From: a virus
Taxonomy: Duplodnaviria > Caudoviricetes
Strand: one strand, 5' to 3'
Virus record (IMG/VR): IMGVR_UViG_3300036803_000072
Location: 1-64,000 of that record
DNA length: 64,000 bases
The notes under the pieces were generated by a model. It searched no databases, was not told where the DNA came from, and saw only the letters and a list, made by a program, of their open reading frames with translations. Shown one piece after another: positions 47,508 through 57,250 of the stretch. The position numbers were made by a program, and so were the translations under genes. Position 1 is the stretch's first letter. Each line of letters starts with the position of its first letter.

Positions 47508-47816
47508 ATGGTTACCATGCAGGCGGTTGCCGAGCAGAGCTCCGGCGGCGGCACAGGCGGGCTGATCCTGCTCGCCCTCGGTGCCCTGCTGTGGTGGTTC
47601 GTCAAAGTGCAGCGCGACCCGTTGCGGCTGTGCCAGAAGTGCAAGGGCAAGCCACCGGGGGACGGACGGGGCAACTTCCACCACTGCCGCCGCTGCGGTG
47701 GCAACGCCCGGGTACTCAAACCGTCGGCGTGGGCACTGATGAAGGCAGGCGTCCCGGTGCCGCGTGCACGGAGCTCGAAGCAGCATCCGTTCCGCGTGCC
47801 TAAGGACGGCGAGTAG
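47508..47816 (+). CDS. Small TM + DnaJ-type zinc-finger protein
   Basis: TM helix, then CQKCKG...CRRCGG; the kind of gene seen next to actinomycete tra genes. Confidence 0.7.
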   Translation: MVTMQAVAEQSSGGGTGGLILLALGALLWWFVKVQRDPLRLCQKCKGKPPGDGRGNFHHCRRCGGNARVLKPSAWALMKAGVPVPRARSSKQHPFRVPKDGE

Positions 47817-48165
47817 ACGCGAGTCCGGTTCCCAAAGGTGACTGTGCCCCACCTCCAGACGCGGGGGGTGGGGCACAGTCCTGGGTGGTTCAGTCACGCT
47901 CACAGTCACTCCACGATCTCTACGGGCACGCCTGGGTGGTGCTGTTCAGTCCCTGTCGGCGGCGCGCTGATTCTGGTCACCGTAGTAGTGGTAGTAGTCG
48001 GCGTGGTCGGTGTTGCCGGCAGCTTCCGCCTGATCGCCGGCTGCATTCCAGTAGTCCGCCCAGTCCTGACGGGAAGAGATTCCTAGCCGGGCGGCGTAGT
48101 CACCAGAGTTGCTTTTCATGGTCGGTCTCCTTATAGGTCGAATGGATAGCGTTCTTAATTACGGG

Positions 48166-48564
48166 TCACCACGGGTCGTAGTCCCCGAACTCGGCCACCA
48201 ACTCATCCCAGCTGACCATGCACCCCCCGACCTCGATCCCGGTAGGTGCACCGGTGCCGTTGTCGTAGGTCATGTGGTACAGCAGGTGATAGGCGTACTC
48301 CAGGGTGTACCCCTCAGCCGCGTCGCTGGTCATGGGTTCGCGGTACCGCTTGTAATGCAGGACCACCAGTACCCGTGGGTAGGACAGGTGCTTTTCCAGC
48401 GCGACGAGTCGCATTCTCCACTGGTCGATCTGCTTATGACAGAGGTCGATCTGTTGCGTCAGGTCGAAGTTGGGGTCTTTGAGTTGCTCTGCCACGATCA
48501 CAGCATGGGTGTAGGCCATCCAGTCGGTTTCGCCGATGGGGGAAGTCGTGGCCACGTCAGTCAC
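48166..48564 (-). CDS. Hypothetical protein
   Basis: 132-aa ORF with phage-like composition. Confidence 0.5.
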   Translation of the reverse strand: MTDVATTSPIGETDWMAYTHAVIVAEQLKDPNFDLTQQIDLCHKQIDQWRMRLVALEKHLSYPRVLVVLHYKRYREPMTSDAAEGYTLEYAYHLLYHMTYDNGTGAPTGIEVGGCMVSWDELVAEFGDYDPW

Positions 48565-48749
48565 TTACCGGGTAAAGGTTGGCGAGCTCCCAACGCGTCA
48601 TCTCCAAGCGTTCGGCCATAACGGCGTCGGATTCGTATCCGCCTCCGGTGTCTGGGTTCCACCAGGAGTGGTCGCCTACGGGGACGGCGTTGTCTGCGGG
48701 TTTGTCGCCTCTGGTCATGGTCAGTCTCCCGAGGATCGAGGGGTAGCGG

Positions 48750-49307
48750 TCATTCGGCAGCGCGGATCGCGGCGATGATGGCCGGGAGGGCTTTCTCGAT
48801 GGCGGTCATGCTCAGGTCGAGGTGGTGGTCGTCTTCGGTTTTCGCGAAAGCGTCGGAGAGGTCCCAGGCGATCATCTTGGCGTCGGCGCCTTCGGGGAGT
48901 GCGTCTGCTTTGGCGGGAATGTAGTCAACGGCCTCAAACCAGCGCATGCCGGCGCCGTGAAGATTGATCGCCCAATTGGCGGCATCATCACTATCGGCGA
49001 AGACGCAGACGGCTCTGGTGTCCCGGCCGGGTTCATCGAGGAGTGCGACGTAGAGCTTAGGTGTGGGGTACATCTGTTCGAGGCAGTGTTCGATGTTCTC
49101 GCCGCACTCGATGGTCAAGTCGAGAAGACGTGGAGCGTCGACGGTGCCGAGGAGTTTGGCAGCAACACGGAGGAACGTGTCGCTCACTTCACCGTAGGCG
49201 CCGCCGGACTGATAGGCGAAATCCTGGGTGTGGGCAGCGTTGCAGGCCATCAGCGCGTCGCGAAGGGACTGGAGGACGGCGATGTCGGCGGGGTCGATGC
49301 GGGTCAT
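48750..49307 (-). CDS. Hypothetical protein
   Basis: GAGGAG RBS; follows the conserved motif at 49329-53. Confidence 0.65.
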   Translation of the reverse strand: MTRIDPADIAVLQSLRDALMACNAAHTQDFAYQSGGAYGEVSDTFLRVAAKLLGTVDAPRLLDLTIECGENIEHCLEQMYPTPKLYVALLDEPGRDTRAVCVFADSDDAANWAINLHGAGMRWFEAVDYIPAKADALPEGADAKMIAWDLSDAFAKTEDDHHLDLSMTAIEKALPAIIAAIRAAE

Positions 49308-49328
49308 GGCGGGGTCTCCTCTTCAGTG

Positions 49329-49353
49329 GACCGGAACACCCCAGACGCTACCA
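49329..49353 (-). promoter_or_regulatory. Conserved phage motif
   Basis: TGG TAGCGT ctgggg TGTTCCGGTC. Confidence 0.7.
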
Positions 49354-49374
49354 GGTACCGCGTAGGTGCGCAAC

Positions 49375-49875
49375 TCACACCTTGACGGCGCTCGCCGGGG
49401 CACTCCCATCCCGCACCAAACGCGCCGCATGCACCTCGATCAGCTTCCATCTCGGGGTGAGCAGCTGTTGCGCCCGAGATCGCGCCATTGCCAGCGAGAT
49501 CGGCGGTCGCCGGCCCCCGTAGTCCCGGAACATCTTCATATCCCCGGTCGCGCCCGCTTCCGCGTCACCCATGGCTTTGTCGAAACCGTCCCCCTTATAG
49601 AGGACGTGCCACATGGCCTCACCGACCTGCCCACCGACGCATGCGATGAGCCAGCCCGGCATCATCTCCGGCGAGATCTTCTCCATCTCGCATTTCGTGA
49701 CCCCGGCGACGCCCTCACCGACCATCCATACGTGCGTCTCGCCGGGTTGGAATCCGGCGAGCACGTCGAGAACCGCGTGGGACGCCTCGTGCACACCACC
49801 CCTGGTGAGCTGATGGGCGCGTAGGACGCCGTCGAAGTACTCGAAGCCGGGCAGGCCGGACCAGTGCTCACTCAT
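49375..49875 (-). CDS. HExxH metallopeptidase-like protein (M41-like)
   Basis: VHEASHAVL...IACVGGQVGE...ATGDM...A..LL...W. Confidence 0.65.
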   Translation of the reverse strand: MSEHWSGLPGFEYFDGVLRAHQLTRGGVHEASHAVLDVLAGFQPGETHVWMVGEGVAGVTKCEMEKISPEMMPGWLIACVGGQVGEAMWHVLYKGDGFDKAMGDAEAGATGDMKMFRDYGGRRPPISLAMARSRAQQLLTPRWKLIEVHAARLVRDGSAPASAVKV

Positions 49876-50057
49876 GTCTGCCTGTCCAGTGGCTGGATCA
49901 AGGTCATGCAGTGATTGGTGACGTCCTCGCCTTTCACGTTGCGCATACAGTCCCCCTCATGGATGTGCGTGCGAAGGCGGTGGTGGTACCAGTGTTCGCC
50001 GGTTATCGGCTCGTGGCAGCCGCCGCAGAGTGGGAGTGGGCGTTCAGTGTTCGTCAT
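49872..50057 (-). CDS. Small Cys/His-rich protein
   Basis: CGGC...H...C; coupled to neighbours. Confidence 0.5.
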   Translation of the reverse strand: MTNTERPLPLCGGCHEPITGEHWYHHRLRTHIHEGDCMRNVKGEDVTNHCMTLIQPLDRQT

Positions 50058-50608
50058 TCCCTTGACCCTCCTGTAGTCAGTTCGTTGAGTCGCGACATCA
50101 TGGCCTCCTCGGTCTTGCAGGTGGCATCAGCGAACGTAGGCGACTCCTCGGCACGGGGCTGCTCACCGGGGTGCACGCAGGAGACGACGAGGTAGCGGCC
50201 GTCGGTGCGCTGGTAGTGGTTGAAAGCCATGCCGTAGGCCTGCCGGGGCCCGTGGGCGTGCCAGCGGCCGGAGTAGCACTGCCCGTTGCCTATGAACATG
50301 CCGCACACCGTCCATAGGCTGGCTTCGGGGTAGCGGCGGATCTCCTCGGCCTCGTCGACTTCCTGGTCGGCGTAGTCCAGACGAGGCGCGCGGGTGATGT
50401 CGTGCCCGTGGTGCATGGTGCAGAGCAGGACATCAGTGGTGAACTGGCCGATGGCCAGGCCCTCCCGGTCGACCTGGAGCTCGACGAACTCTTGCGCCAC
50501 GGCGGCGTCGAGCTCGGCGAGCTCCACCTGATAGAACGCGGTCTGCCAGGCCTGCCACTCTCTGGTGAGGTCGGCGAGCAGGCAGCACAGGGTCACGGGG
50601 TAACTCAT
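50054..50608 (-). CDS. Hypothetical protein
   Basis: Coupled ORF in the minus-strand array. Confidence 0.55.
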   Translation of the reverse strand: MSYPVTLCCLLADLTREWQAWQTAFYQVELAELDAAVAQEFVELQVDREGLAIGQFTTDVLLCTMHHGHDITRAPRLDYADQEVDEAEEIRRYPEASLWTVCGMFIGNGQCYSGRWHAHGPRQAYGMAFNHYQRTDGRYLVVSCVHPGEQPRAEESPTFADATCKTEEAMMSRLNELTTGGSRE

Positions 50609-51450
50609 CGCCGGCCGCCGCTAGAACCGCCGGAGCGACCACTGCTACCGCTACTGCCACCTGAGCGACCACTGCTCGATCCGGAACTGGATCCGGTGTA
50701 GGACTTGCTTCCCCCGGTGTAGGTCTTATCAATACCGGGACTGGTATTGCTGTTCTTGGTCTTCGGGGTGGTCGTGCCGGGCTTGCTGGTCGGTGCGTCG
50801 CCGGCCGCCGAACCAGGCGTGACGTTGGTGCCCTTGAATGCGGACTTAGGTGCGGTGGCGCCGGTGTAGGTCTTGCCACTGGCGGTCTTGTAGCCGCCGG
50901 TCTTCGGGTTGGCCGCTGCCGCCTTCTCTTGTGCCGCGTATTTAGTATTGGTGGGCTGCACAACGGTGGTGTGATAGTTGTTCACGGTCGTGATCCGGGT
51001 GACCGGTGCGTGGCCGTACCCGTAGTAGGTGCCGGGGTAGCGCGACCACGCGGGCCCGATATGCCGGTAGTAGTAGCCGTCGCTGTAGTAGTAGTCCGAG
51101 TGACCCAGGCCGAAGCGGAACATGGCACCGAGGGCGAACCAGTCCGCGTCGCTCATGCCCGTTTGGCGTACTGGCTGGGTGGTGGGCATGGCGAAGTCGC
51201 AGGCCCGCAGGCCCGACCCGTCGGTCTCGTGCGGGTTGTTCACCCAGGGGGCGCACTTCTCACCGGTGGTGGGGTTGGTGAACGCGGTGGGCGCGATGGT
51301 CTGGTCATCGTTGGTGGCGGAGTCGCATGCGGCGGCCGAGGGGGCGATGACGGCGACGGCGATCAGGGCTAGTAGGAGGGCTTTGAGTCGGGCGGGAATG
51401 TTCATGGCAGATCCTTCGGGGTGTGCTGGGTGACGAGGGTCTGGAGCCAC
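50605..51450 (-). CDS. Putative lipoprotein with Gly/Ser-rich tail (true start probably MNIPAR)
   Basis: Signal peptide ending SAAAC, Tyr-rich middle, SGSSSGRSGG repeats. Confidence 0.6.
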   Translation of the reverse strand: MAPDPRHPAHPEGSAMNIPARLKALLLALIAVAVIAPSAAACDSATNDDQTIAPTAFTNPTTGEKCAPWVNNPHETDGSGLRACDFAMPTTQPVRQTGMSDADWFALGAMFRFGLGHSDYYYSDGYYYRHIGPAWSRYPGTYYGYGHAPVTRITTVNNYHTTVVQPTNTKYAAQEKAAAANPKTGGYKTASGKTYTGATAPKSAFKGTNVTPGSAAGDAPTSKPGTTTPKTKNSNTSPGIDKTYTGGSKSYTGSSSGSSSGRSGGSSGSSGRSGGSSGGRR

Positions 51451-51713
51451 TCGGGCAGCGAATCACCGACACCACCGGGCCAGTAGGTGTTCTCACATCG
51501 ACCTAGTCCGTCGGTACCGTCTTTCCACCGTCGGGGGCCGAAGATCGCGACCTGCTCGGCGGACCAGTCGCCCGCGTCGAATCGGTATTCGATGCAGATA
51601 GCGTCGGGCCGGAACATGGCCAATCCGTAGAGCCTGTGAACAGGTGGCGCGTCGACGAGGTCGGCGGTGAGCTCCCGCTTATAGCGAGGGTTGGTGAGCG
51701 TGACGTCGGGCAT
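51402..51713 (-). CDS. Hypothetical protein
   Basis: GAGGAG RBS after the motif at 51737-61. Confidence 0.6.
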   Translation of the reverse strand: MPDVTLTNPRYKRELTADLVDAPPVHRLYGLAMFRPDAICIEYRFDAGDWSAEQVAIFGPRRWKDGTDGLGRCENTYWPGGVGDSLPEWLQTLVTQHTPKDLP

Positions 51714-51736
51714 GGCAGAAGTCTCCTCACATCATG

Positions 51737-51761
51737 GACCGGAACACAAGCCAGGCTACCA
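51737..51761 (-). promoter_or_regulatory. Conserved phage motif
   Basis: TGG TAGCCT ggcttg TGTTCCGGTC. Confidence 0.7.
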
Positions 51762-52262
51762 CTGTCGTGGCTGATGGTACAGCGGAATTAGCGCAGGGCG
51801 ATCCAAATCCCCAGGACGCCGCCCAGAGCGCCCGCCAGCACCAGCAGGACGGCGATCAGGATGGCCAACCACGGGCTCGGCTGAGACGCTTCCTGGTTCG
51901 CGGCGACGTCGAGCAGTGCGGGGTGCGGTACGGCGTCGATCTCAGCGCGCCAGCCGGCGAGCAGAGTGGCCAACTCGTCGCGCCCGGCGTGCGCAGCCGG
52001 GTCGTCGAGCAGGGCGTCGTCGGAGATGAGGGGGTCGAGCCGGTCGCGCAGGGCCCGATCGGTGATGTCGTCGGTCATGACCGGGCCACCTTGACCAGTG
52101 CGACAGCGACAGCGATGAGGACCAGCGGCACGACCAGCATGCCGAGGAAGACTAGGGCAGCGGCCACAGCCATTGCCGTCAACAGGCCGTTGAGCAGGTA
52201 GATCATGAACTCCTCCTAGAGTTGACCGGAACACTAGGAGTATCGCCGCTGGTCGCGGGCTG

Positions 52263-52505
52263 TTACCGGTCGCCGCCATCGAAAAAGCGGCGTACGTAAC
52301 CAGCCTCTACGGCTGGAGCCGTGTGTCGATCACACACGCCGAATGGTGTATCACCCACGAAGATGTAACCGCTGACTGCCCCCTCGTGAGGTCGCCCACA
52401 GACGCAGCGATACTCCATGGCCTCACCGAGGCAGGCTTCGCGGAGCTGGTCTGCGGTCAGCTGCTGGGCTTGCTCAATAGCAGCGATAAATTCGTCTGGT
52501 GTCAC
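52263..52505 (-). CDS. Small Cys-containing hypothetical protein
   Basis: CVC...CDRH motif, similar to the C-terminus of 53630-53983. Confidence 0.5.
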   Translation of the reverse strand: MTPDEFIAAIEQAQQLTADQLREACLGEAMEYRCVCGRPHEGAVSGYIFVGDTPFGVCDRHTAPAVEAGYVRRFFDGGDR

Positions 52506-52518
52506 GCGGGGACACCTG

Positions 52519-53106
52519 TTACCGGGTCGCCTTGTGGCGGTCCTGGCAGGTTTGGCACATGTCGCCCAGGACGGTGAAGGGGAACTCAGGGGCCACGGCG
52601 TAGTCGCCCACGGAGCATTCCGACTCGCGGACCCGGGCCTCGATCGTGCCCGATAGCTCGTGCCGGCAGTCGCTGTAGCGGTGCAGCCGGAACTCTGGAG
52701 TGCGGAAGCGGTAGTCGTGCCACAGGGTCACGACCGCTTCCGGGTCTGCTTGTGTTTCGCCGTACCGCCGGTCGGCGCACGCTACGCAGTACTCCTCCGA
52801 GTCGCGCAGCTCGGCCAGCACTTCGGCCTTCGCTGACTCATGCGCGTCACTCCGGTCGCCGTCCTCTCGGATCGCTTCCTGATGCTGGAGCAGCGTGTCG
52901 CGGTAGTCGTCGAGCAGCGTTGCCACGGTGTCGTAGTCGTAGAGGGCTTGACTGCCCAGTGGAGGCGCTTCCACGGTCCAGTCGTGCACACCTCGGTGGT
53001 CGGCCAGGGTGCGGCGCCAGCGACCGCTCAAGGCGGGGCAGTAGATGTAGACCCCGGAGTGCTCACCTTCGGGTACCCAGCGGACTGCGGGCGGGTCGGT
53101 GCTCAC
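52519..53106 (-). CDS. Hypothetical protein
   Basis: Coupled ORF with CVAC and CQTC motifs. Confidence 0.55.
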   Translation of the reverse strand: MSTDPPAVRWVPEGEHSGVYIYCPALSGRWRRTLADHRGVHDWTVEAPPLGSQALYDYDTVATLLDDYRDTLLQHQEAIREDGDRSDAHESAKAEVLAELRDSEEYCVACADRRYGETQADPEAVVTLWHDYRFRTPEFRLHRYSDCRHELSGTIEARVRESECSVGDYAVAPEFPFTVLGDMCQTCQDRHKATR

Positions 53107-53633
53107 AGCGTCACCGTCGCTTCGGGGTCAAAGGTGCCCCATCCGTGTCCGGCGCCCTTGTGCTCGCGTAGCGCAGCGGCGATGCGGCGTCCGACGTCGG
53201 TGAGGGCGTAGGTGGCGCGGGTCATCAGCTCGGCTTCGACTAGTCCGGTGATCAAGGTGCCTGCGGGTGGCTGCGGCATGGTGACGGTGACCAACCCTTC
53301 GGCGATCATGTCGTCGAGGCAGTCGTAGTCGTCGTGGTGTTCGGCTTCACCGTCCCTGAGGCGGGTGGGGTAGGCGCGGCCATCCCCACAGCCGAAAATG
53401 TTGGCGCGGCGTTTGGCGAGCAGCATGGCCGGGTGGCGATCACCGTGGCAGCGCATGTGGTCGTGGCTGAGCTTGCCGTGGTGGTCGACGATGCGGACCT
53501 CCAGGTAGGCCAGCGTCGACCAGTGGTCCTTCCCCCAACGCTCCATGGGGATACGTTCGCCGGTCGGGACGTACTCGGCAGGACCGTTGGACAGGCCATA
53601 GGCGGCCAGGATGTCGAGAACGGGGTTACTCAT
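53103..53633 (-). CDS. Conserved phage hypothetical protein
   Basis: WGKDHWSTLAY, YPTRL and HDDYDCLDD motifs with a winged-helix-like tail. Confidence 0.65.
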   Translation of the reverse strand: MSNPVLDILAAYGLSNGPAEYVPTGERIPMERWGKDHWSTLAYLEVRIVDHHGKLSHDHMRCHGDRHPAMLLAKRRANIFGCGDGRAYPTRLRDGEAEHHDDYDCLDDMIAEGLVTVTMPQPPAGTLITGLVEAELMTRATYALTDVGRRIAAALREHKGAGHGWGTFDPEATVTL

Positions 53634-53983
53634 AGCGTCACCTCTTTCGGCAGGTCGTGGACGGTGAGGTCAGAGCTGTGAGCCGCAGGGGCGTGGCGTT
53701 CGCAGATGCCGTAGTGGCTGCCGCGACAGGTGTAGTAGCCGATGACCGGATCGGTGCAGTTGCGGTACCAGCGGCACGGACTGTTGACGATGCTCATGAA
53801 GCGGTCGCGTTCCTTGAGTAGGTCAGCGAGCACGTATGCCTGAGTGGTCAGCGCGCGACGCTCACCGGGGAGCATGGTGGCGATGATCTCCCGGGCGGTG
53901 TCGATATCGCCCTCGATCACAGCGAGCAGGGCGTTGGCCTCAGTGAAATTGGTCGGGTAGCGGCTCATGCCCATCTCACCCAC
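53630..53983 (-). CDS. Hypothetical protein
   Basis: Coupled ORF with a Cys/His C-terminus. Confidence 0.5.
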   Translation of the reverse strand: MGEMGMSRYPTNFTEANALLAVIEGDIDTAREIIATMLPGERRALTTQAYVLADLLKERDRFMSIVNSPCRWYRNCTDPVIGYYTCRGSHYGICERHAPAAHSSDLTVHDLPKEVTL

Positions 53984-54306
53984 TCTGGTGGGTGGAAGTG
54001 GCAGTCCTCATCGCCTTCAACATCGGTGTAGAACAGTTCGCTGGTGATGTAGTCGCGGGTGGCGGTGCCGGGCCAGGTGGTGCCGTCGCCGTAGTCGCAG
54101 TAGATGGTGACCGGCTCACCGCTGCCGGGGGCGACGTCGTCGGGGAGGCTCCAGTGGTCGGAACGGTTGCCGGAAGCGTTGTCCGCGTCCCAGGGTTCTG
54201 TCATGGTGGCGAACAGCCGGGGCAGGAGGCGGTCACTGCTGCCGATGTAAAGGCCGTACCGGATGGTGCCGTCAGGGAAAAGGACGGCGACGGATGCTCG
54301 GGCCAT
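53965..54306 (-). CDS. Hypothetical protein
   Basis: ATG 54306 with GAGGAG RBS; FPDGTIRYGLY motif. Confidence 0.55.
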   Translation of the reverse strand: MARASVAVLFPDGTIRYGLYIGSSDRLLPRLFATMTEPWDADNASGNRSDHWSLPDDVAPGSGEPVTIYCDYGDGTTWPGTATRDYITSELFYTDVEGDEDCHFHPPEWVRWA

Positions 54307-54529
54307 TATCGTCTCCTCGGGACGCGGGCCAACCGGCGTGCACCGCGCCGCAGCTGCCGGTGTTCGAGGTAGGCCCAGGCGGCGCAGACCACGGCAGCGT
54401 AAGTGAACGCGGTCGACGGATAGCCGAAAATAAAGAACACCACGAACAGCACGAATGCGGGCAAAGTCAGCACGACAGCAACCCACACGGCGATCGCGAT
54501 GGGCAGGGCAAAGATCCGGGCGAGGATTC

Positions 54530-55288
54530 TCATGCTTCCCAGCTCTCGGTTCCCCGGACGAAGTGCACGATCCGGGCCAGGCCGCCGGTGACGGCATTGG
54601 CGGCCTGAGCGATAAGAACGACGGCGATCAGCCAGCACACGAGGGCGACACCGAGAGTGACGAGGTCGTGTGCCCGGAAGTTCAGGTGACCGGCGGGATC
54701 GTAGGTGGCGTGGCCCAGGACATCGCGGAACCACAGGTAGATGACGAACACCAGGAAGGTGAGTAGGGCAGCGAGGGTGGCCATGCTGAAGGCGACGTCG
54801 GCGGGGCGCCAGTCGCGGGGCATGGTGTCCTGCGCCCACTCGGTTCCGCAGGTGGGGCAGAAGTACCACTGGGCGGGGGCGTAGTCGCGGCCTTCGAGGC
54901 CAGCCTCGGCGCGGCATTCGGGGCAGCCCGCGATAACGATGTCGTCGGAGATCTGTGCTTCGACGCGCTGCGCGTGGAACTCGCAGAGCCATTCGTCGCC
55001 GACCTCGCGGGCGCCGGGGGCGCGGCAGCCGTAGGAGTGTCCAGCGGTGTCATTCCAGCCCTGGTCGCAGCGGTAGGTGCCGGGTGCCCAATTCCAGCCG
55101 TGGGCGAGCTCGGGACGGGAGATGAGGGGCGTGGCGGTGGGCGTGTATGCGGCTACGTAAGTCATGGCCGGGTTTCCTTCGAGGTCGGTGGGGATCATGA
55201 TGGGCCGGAACGTGGTGTGAACACCGAGGCGGGCGAACTGTTCGTCATTCATGGCGGTCACCAGTCGAAACAAGTGATGTGGTTGCAC
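54530..55288 (-). CDS. Zinc-ribbon + membrane hypothetical protein
   Basis: CPEC and CPTC motifs, then two TM helices. Confidence 0.5.
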   Translation of the reverse strand: MQPHHLFRLVTAMNDEQFARLGVHTTFRPIMIPTDLEGNPAMTYVAAYTPTATPLISRPELAHGWNWAPGTYRCDQGWNDTAGHSYGCRAPGAREVGDEWLCEFHAQRVEAQISDDIVIAGCPECRAEAGLEGRDYAPAQWYFCPTCGTEWAQDTMPRDWRPADVAFSMATLAALLTFLVFVIYLWFRDVLGHATYDPAGHLNFRAHDLVTLGVALVCWLIAVVLIAQAANAVTGGLARIVHFVRGTESWEA

Positions 55289-55575
55289 TTGCTGTTCGGG
55301 TCCGCGAAGTGTGCCTTCATCTCGCGAGAGAGCCGGGCGTCTTTCTCCGCCCGGCTCTGGCCGAAACCCTCGCGGGGTGCGTCGCCGTCGTCGAGCTCGA
55401 TGCAGCGAGGGCAGTCGGTGACGCGGCGGAAGCCGAACGGACCGGCGTGGTTGTGCTGGGTGCGGCCTTCGGCGTTGAGCTCGTCGCGGCGTTGATCGCA
55501 GCGGGGACAGTCGCCGGGGGCCTCTAGGGCGCCGAAGTCATTGTTGGGGTGATTATGTCGCAGTTTGGCGGCCAT
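55258..55575 (-). CDS. Small protein with a duplicated HNH..FG..CPRC motif
   Basis: Two copies of HNH(x)nFG(x)nDCPRC; follows the motif at 55595-619. Confidence 0.6.
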   Translation of the reverse strand: MAAKLRHNHPNNDFGALEAPGDCPRCDQRRDELNAEGRTQHNHAGPFGFRRVTDCPRCIELDDGDAPREGFGQSRAEKDARLSREMKAHFADPNSKCNHITCFDW

Positions 55576-55585
55576 GATGGGCCTC

Positions 55586-55843
55586 TCACTCGGATACCGG
55601 AACATCGCCCACGGTACCAGGCATCATGTCGGGTGTCCAGCGCCACGACGGCAACAGGCTCCACAGGCTCGACACGTCCCCGTCGGCGATGCGCGCCGCC
55701 GCCCGGTACGCGGCGGCCTCCACCATGAGGATCGTCCGTGCCTCGGCCATCGGGCCCGTCTCGGGCAGGCGGTCGGCGTACTCCTCGCGGCCGGCGGCGA
55801 CCGCTCGCAGGATCGCCACCACATCGAGCGGGCCCTCGGTCAC
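55586..55843 (-). CDS. Hypothetical protein, paralogous to the middle of 62226-62849
   Basis: Shared LR..A.GREEY...L..EAAA.R.AA.I..GD.S.LW.LLP.WR. Confidence 0.65.
   Translation of the reverse strand: MTEGPLDVVAILRAVAAGREEYADRLPETGPMAEARTILMVEAAAYRAAARIADGDVSSLWSLLPSWRWTPDMMPGTVGDVPVSE
55595..55619 (-). promoter_or_regulatory. Conserved phage motif
   Basis: TGG TACCGT gggcga TGTTCCGGTA. Confidence 0.7.
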
Positions 55844-56467
55844 AGCGCAACCCCAGGAGTGAACAGGGTTACGCCGACCGGCTCACCGAGAGCCAGCAGC
55901 TCCGACAGCTCACCAGGGAAAGTAGCGAGCACGTCCGGGGTCGCGTACAGCGCCACTTTCCGCAGCGCCCGGGACGGTGTGTAGGGCTCGCGGCGCTGGA
56001 GGATCAACTGCCGAAGCTCGCCCATCAGTCGCTCAATCTCCCGCACGCCCACAGCGGTACGGGAGGCGATGCGACTGCACGGCGCGGCAGGCTCACCGAC
56101 GAGGTGCAGGCACCACAGCACCGTGGTCTCCGCTTCGACTTCAGCGCGGATCTGCTCGAAACCGGTCACAGTGCACCGTCCCGGCAGGCCACGCAAAAGG
56201 CGTCCGGTGTGCAACGCACGGCGACCCGCAGTGCCCGCAGAGTGAGGTAGTCCGGTGACCCCTCCCAGCGCAACAGCACCAGGCCGATGACCTCCCCCGC
56301 CTTGCCAGGGATCCTCGCGAGCAGAGCGAGCCACCAGGCGGCCCGGTGTTGATTGCGGTGGGCGCTGTACCATGCAAGGTCAGTGGGGGACTTGAGGTGC
56401 ATGATGAGCCCGCAGCACCGGATGCGGAGCTGGAGTGCTCTCACTGTGTAGAACATTGCCTCGCCTT

Positions 56468-57010
56468 TCAGAGGATCACGGTCACGATGGCCGCGACGAA
56501 CAGCCAGAAGATGTGCCACCACTGATCAAGCACGTAGGCACCGGTGCCTAGGGACGGATTGTCCCAGGACACTGGGGCCGTCTCCGCGTCGACAGCGAGC
56601 CGCAACTGCACCGACTCCCGGCCGTGAGTATCGGTGAATCTCGCTGCCCGCACCGGGCGCGGCATACCGAGCCGGTAGAAGCTGCCCTTGCCGAGCCGAT
56701 CGCAGAATCGGGCCAAAGTGAACCGCCGATCGGCCCAGTAGTGGGTTACCCCGCTGACTGCCTGCCCGGCGAGCACGCCGGCCACCGTCAACTGGAGACC
56801 GCAGACCGCGCTGATCGCGAGCAGGAACGCGGCGGCGGTCATGATGTAGACCCCGACGTGCGTCCCGCACGCGGCGGCGCCTAAGCGTCCGGGCTTGCCT
56901 TTCGTGGCGGCCTGGTAGTCGGTTTGCAGCCAGTGGTCGGCGAGCCCGTGCGCGACATAGAGGGCGATGAACACGACGGCGAAGGCGCCAGGATCTGCGG
57001 GTACGAACAT
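56468..57010 (-). CDS. DUF3307 family membrane protein
   Basis: AHGLADHWLQT...H...SGVTHYWAD...LDQWWH. Confidence 0.8.
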   Translation of the reverse strand: MFVPADPGAFAVVFIALYVAHGLADHWLQTDYQAATKGKPGRLGAAACGTHVGVYIMTAAAFLLAISAVCGLQLTVAGVLAGQAVSGVTHYWADRRFTLARFCDRLGKGSFYRLGMPRPVRAARFTDTHGRESVQLRLAVDAETAPVSWDNPSLGTGAYVLDQWWHIFWLFVAAIVTVIL

Positions 57011-57019
57011 CGGGCGCTC

Positions 57020-57250
57020 CTAGAGCGGGTTGAGCCAGCTCAACGGAATGTACGGCCCCCAGTCGGGGCCACCGAACTGGAAACCGATCAGGTGGTAGAC
57101 GGAGACCGTGACAATGCTGATCGCCTGCCCGCCAGCGGGATACCGGTACTGCCCACTGATGTGGAGCGTCAGCGCGGCGGCGATGATCCCCACCGCCAGG
57201 GCAACCCATCCGGCCTTCGATCCTCGGACGGGTGGTCGTTTCGATGTCAT
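57020..57250 (-). CDS. Small membrane protein
   Basis: One TM helix; AAGG RBS. Confidence 0.5.
   Translation of the reverse strand: MTSKRPPVRGSKAGWVALAVGIIAAALTLHISGQYRYPAGGQAISIVTVSVYHLIGFQFGGPDWGPYIPLSWLNPL

Noticed and set aside
52224-52245. Tenth full copy of the promoter motif
   Set aside because: TGTTCCGGTC is present, but no TAnnnT lies at the 6-nt spacing; counted as core-only.
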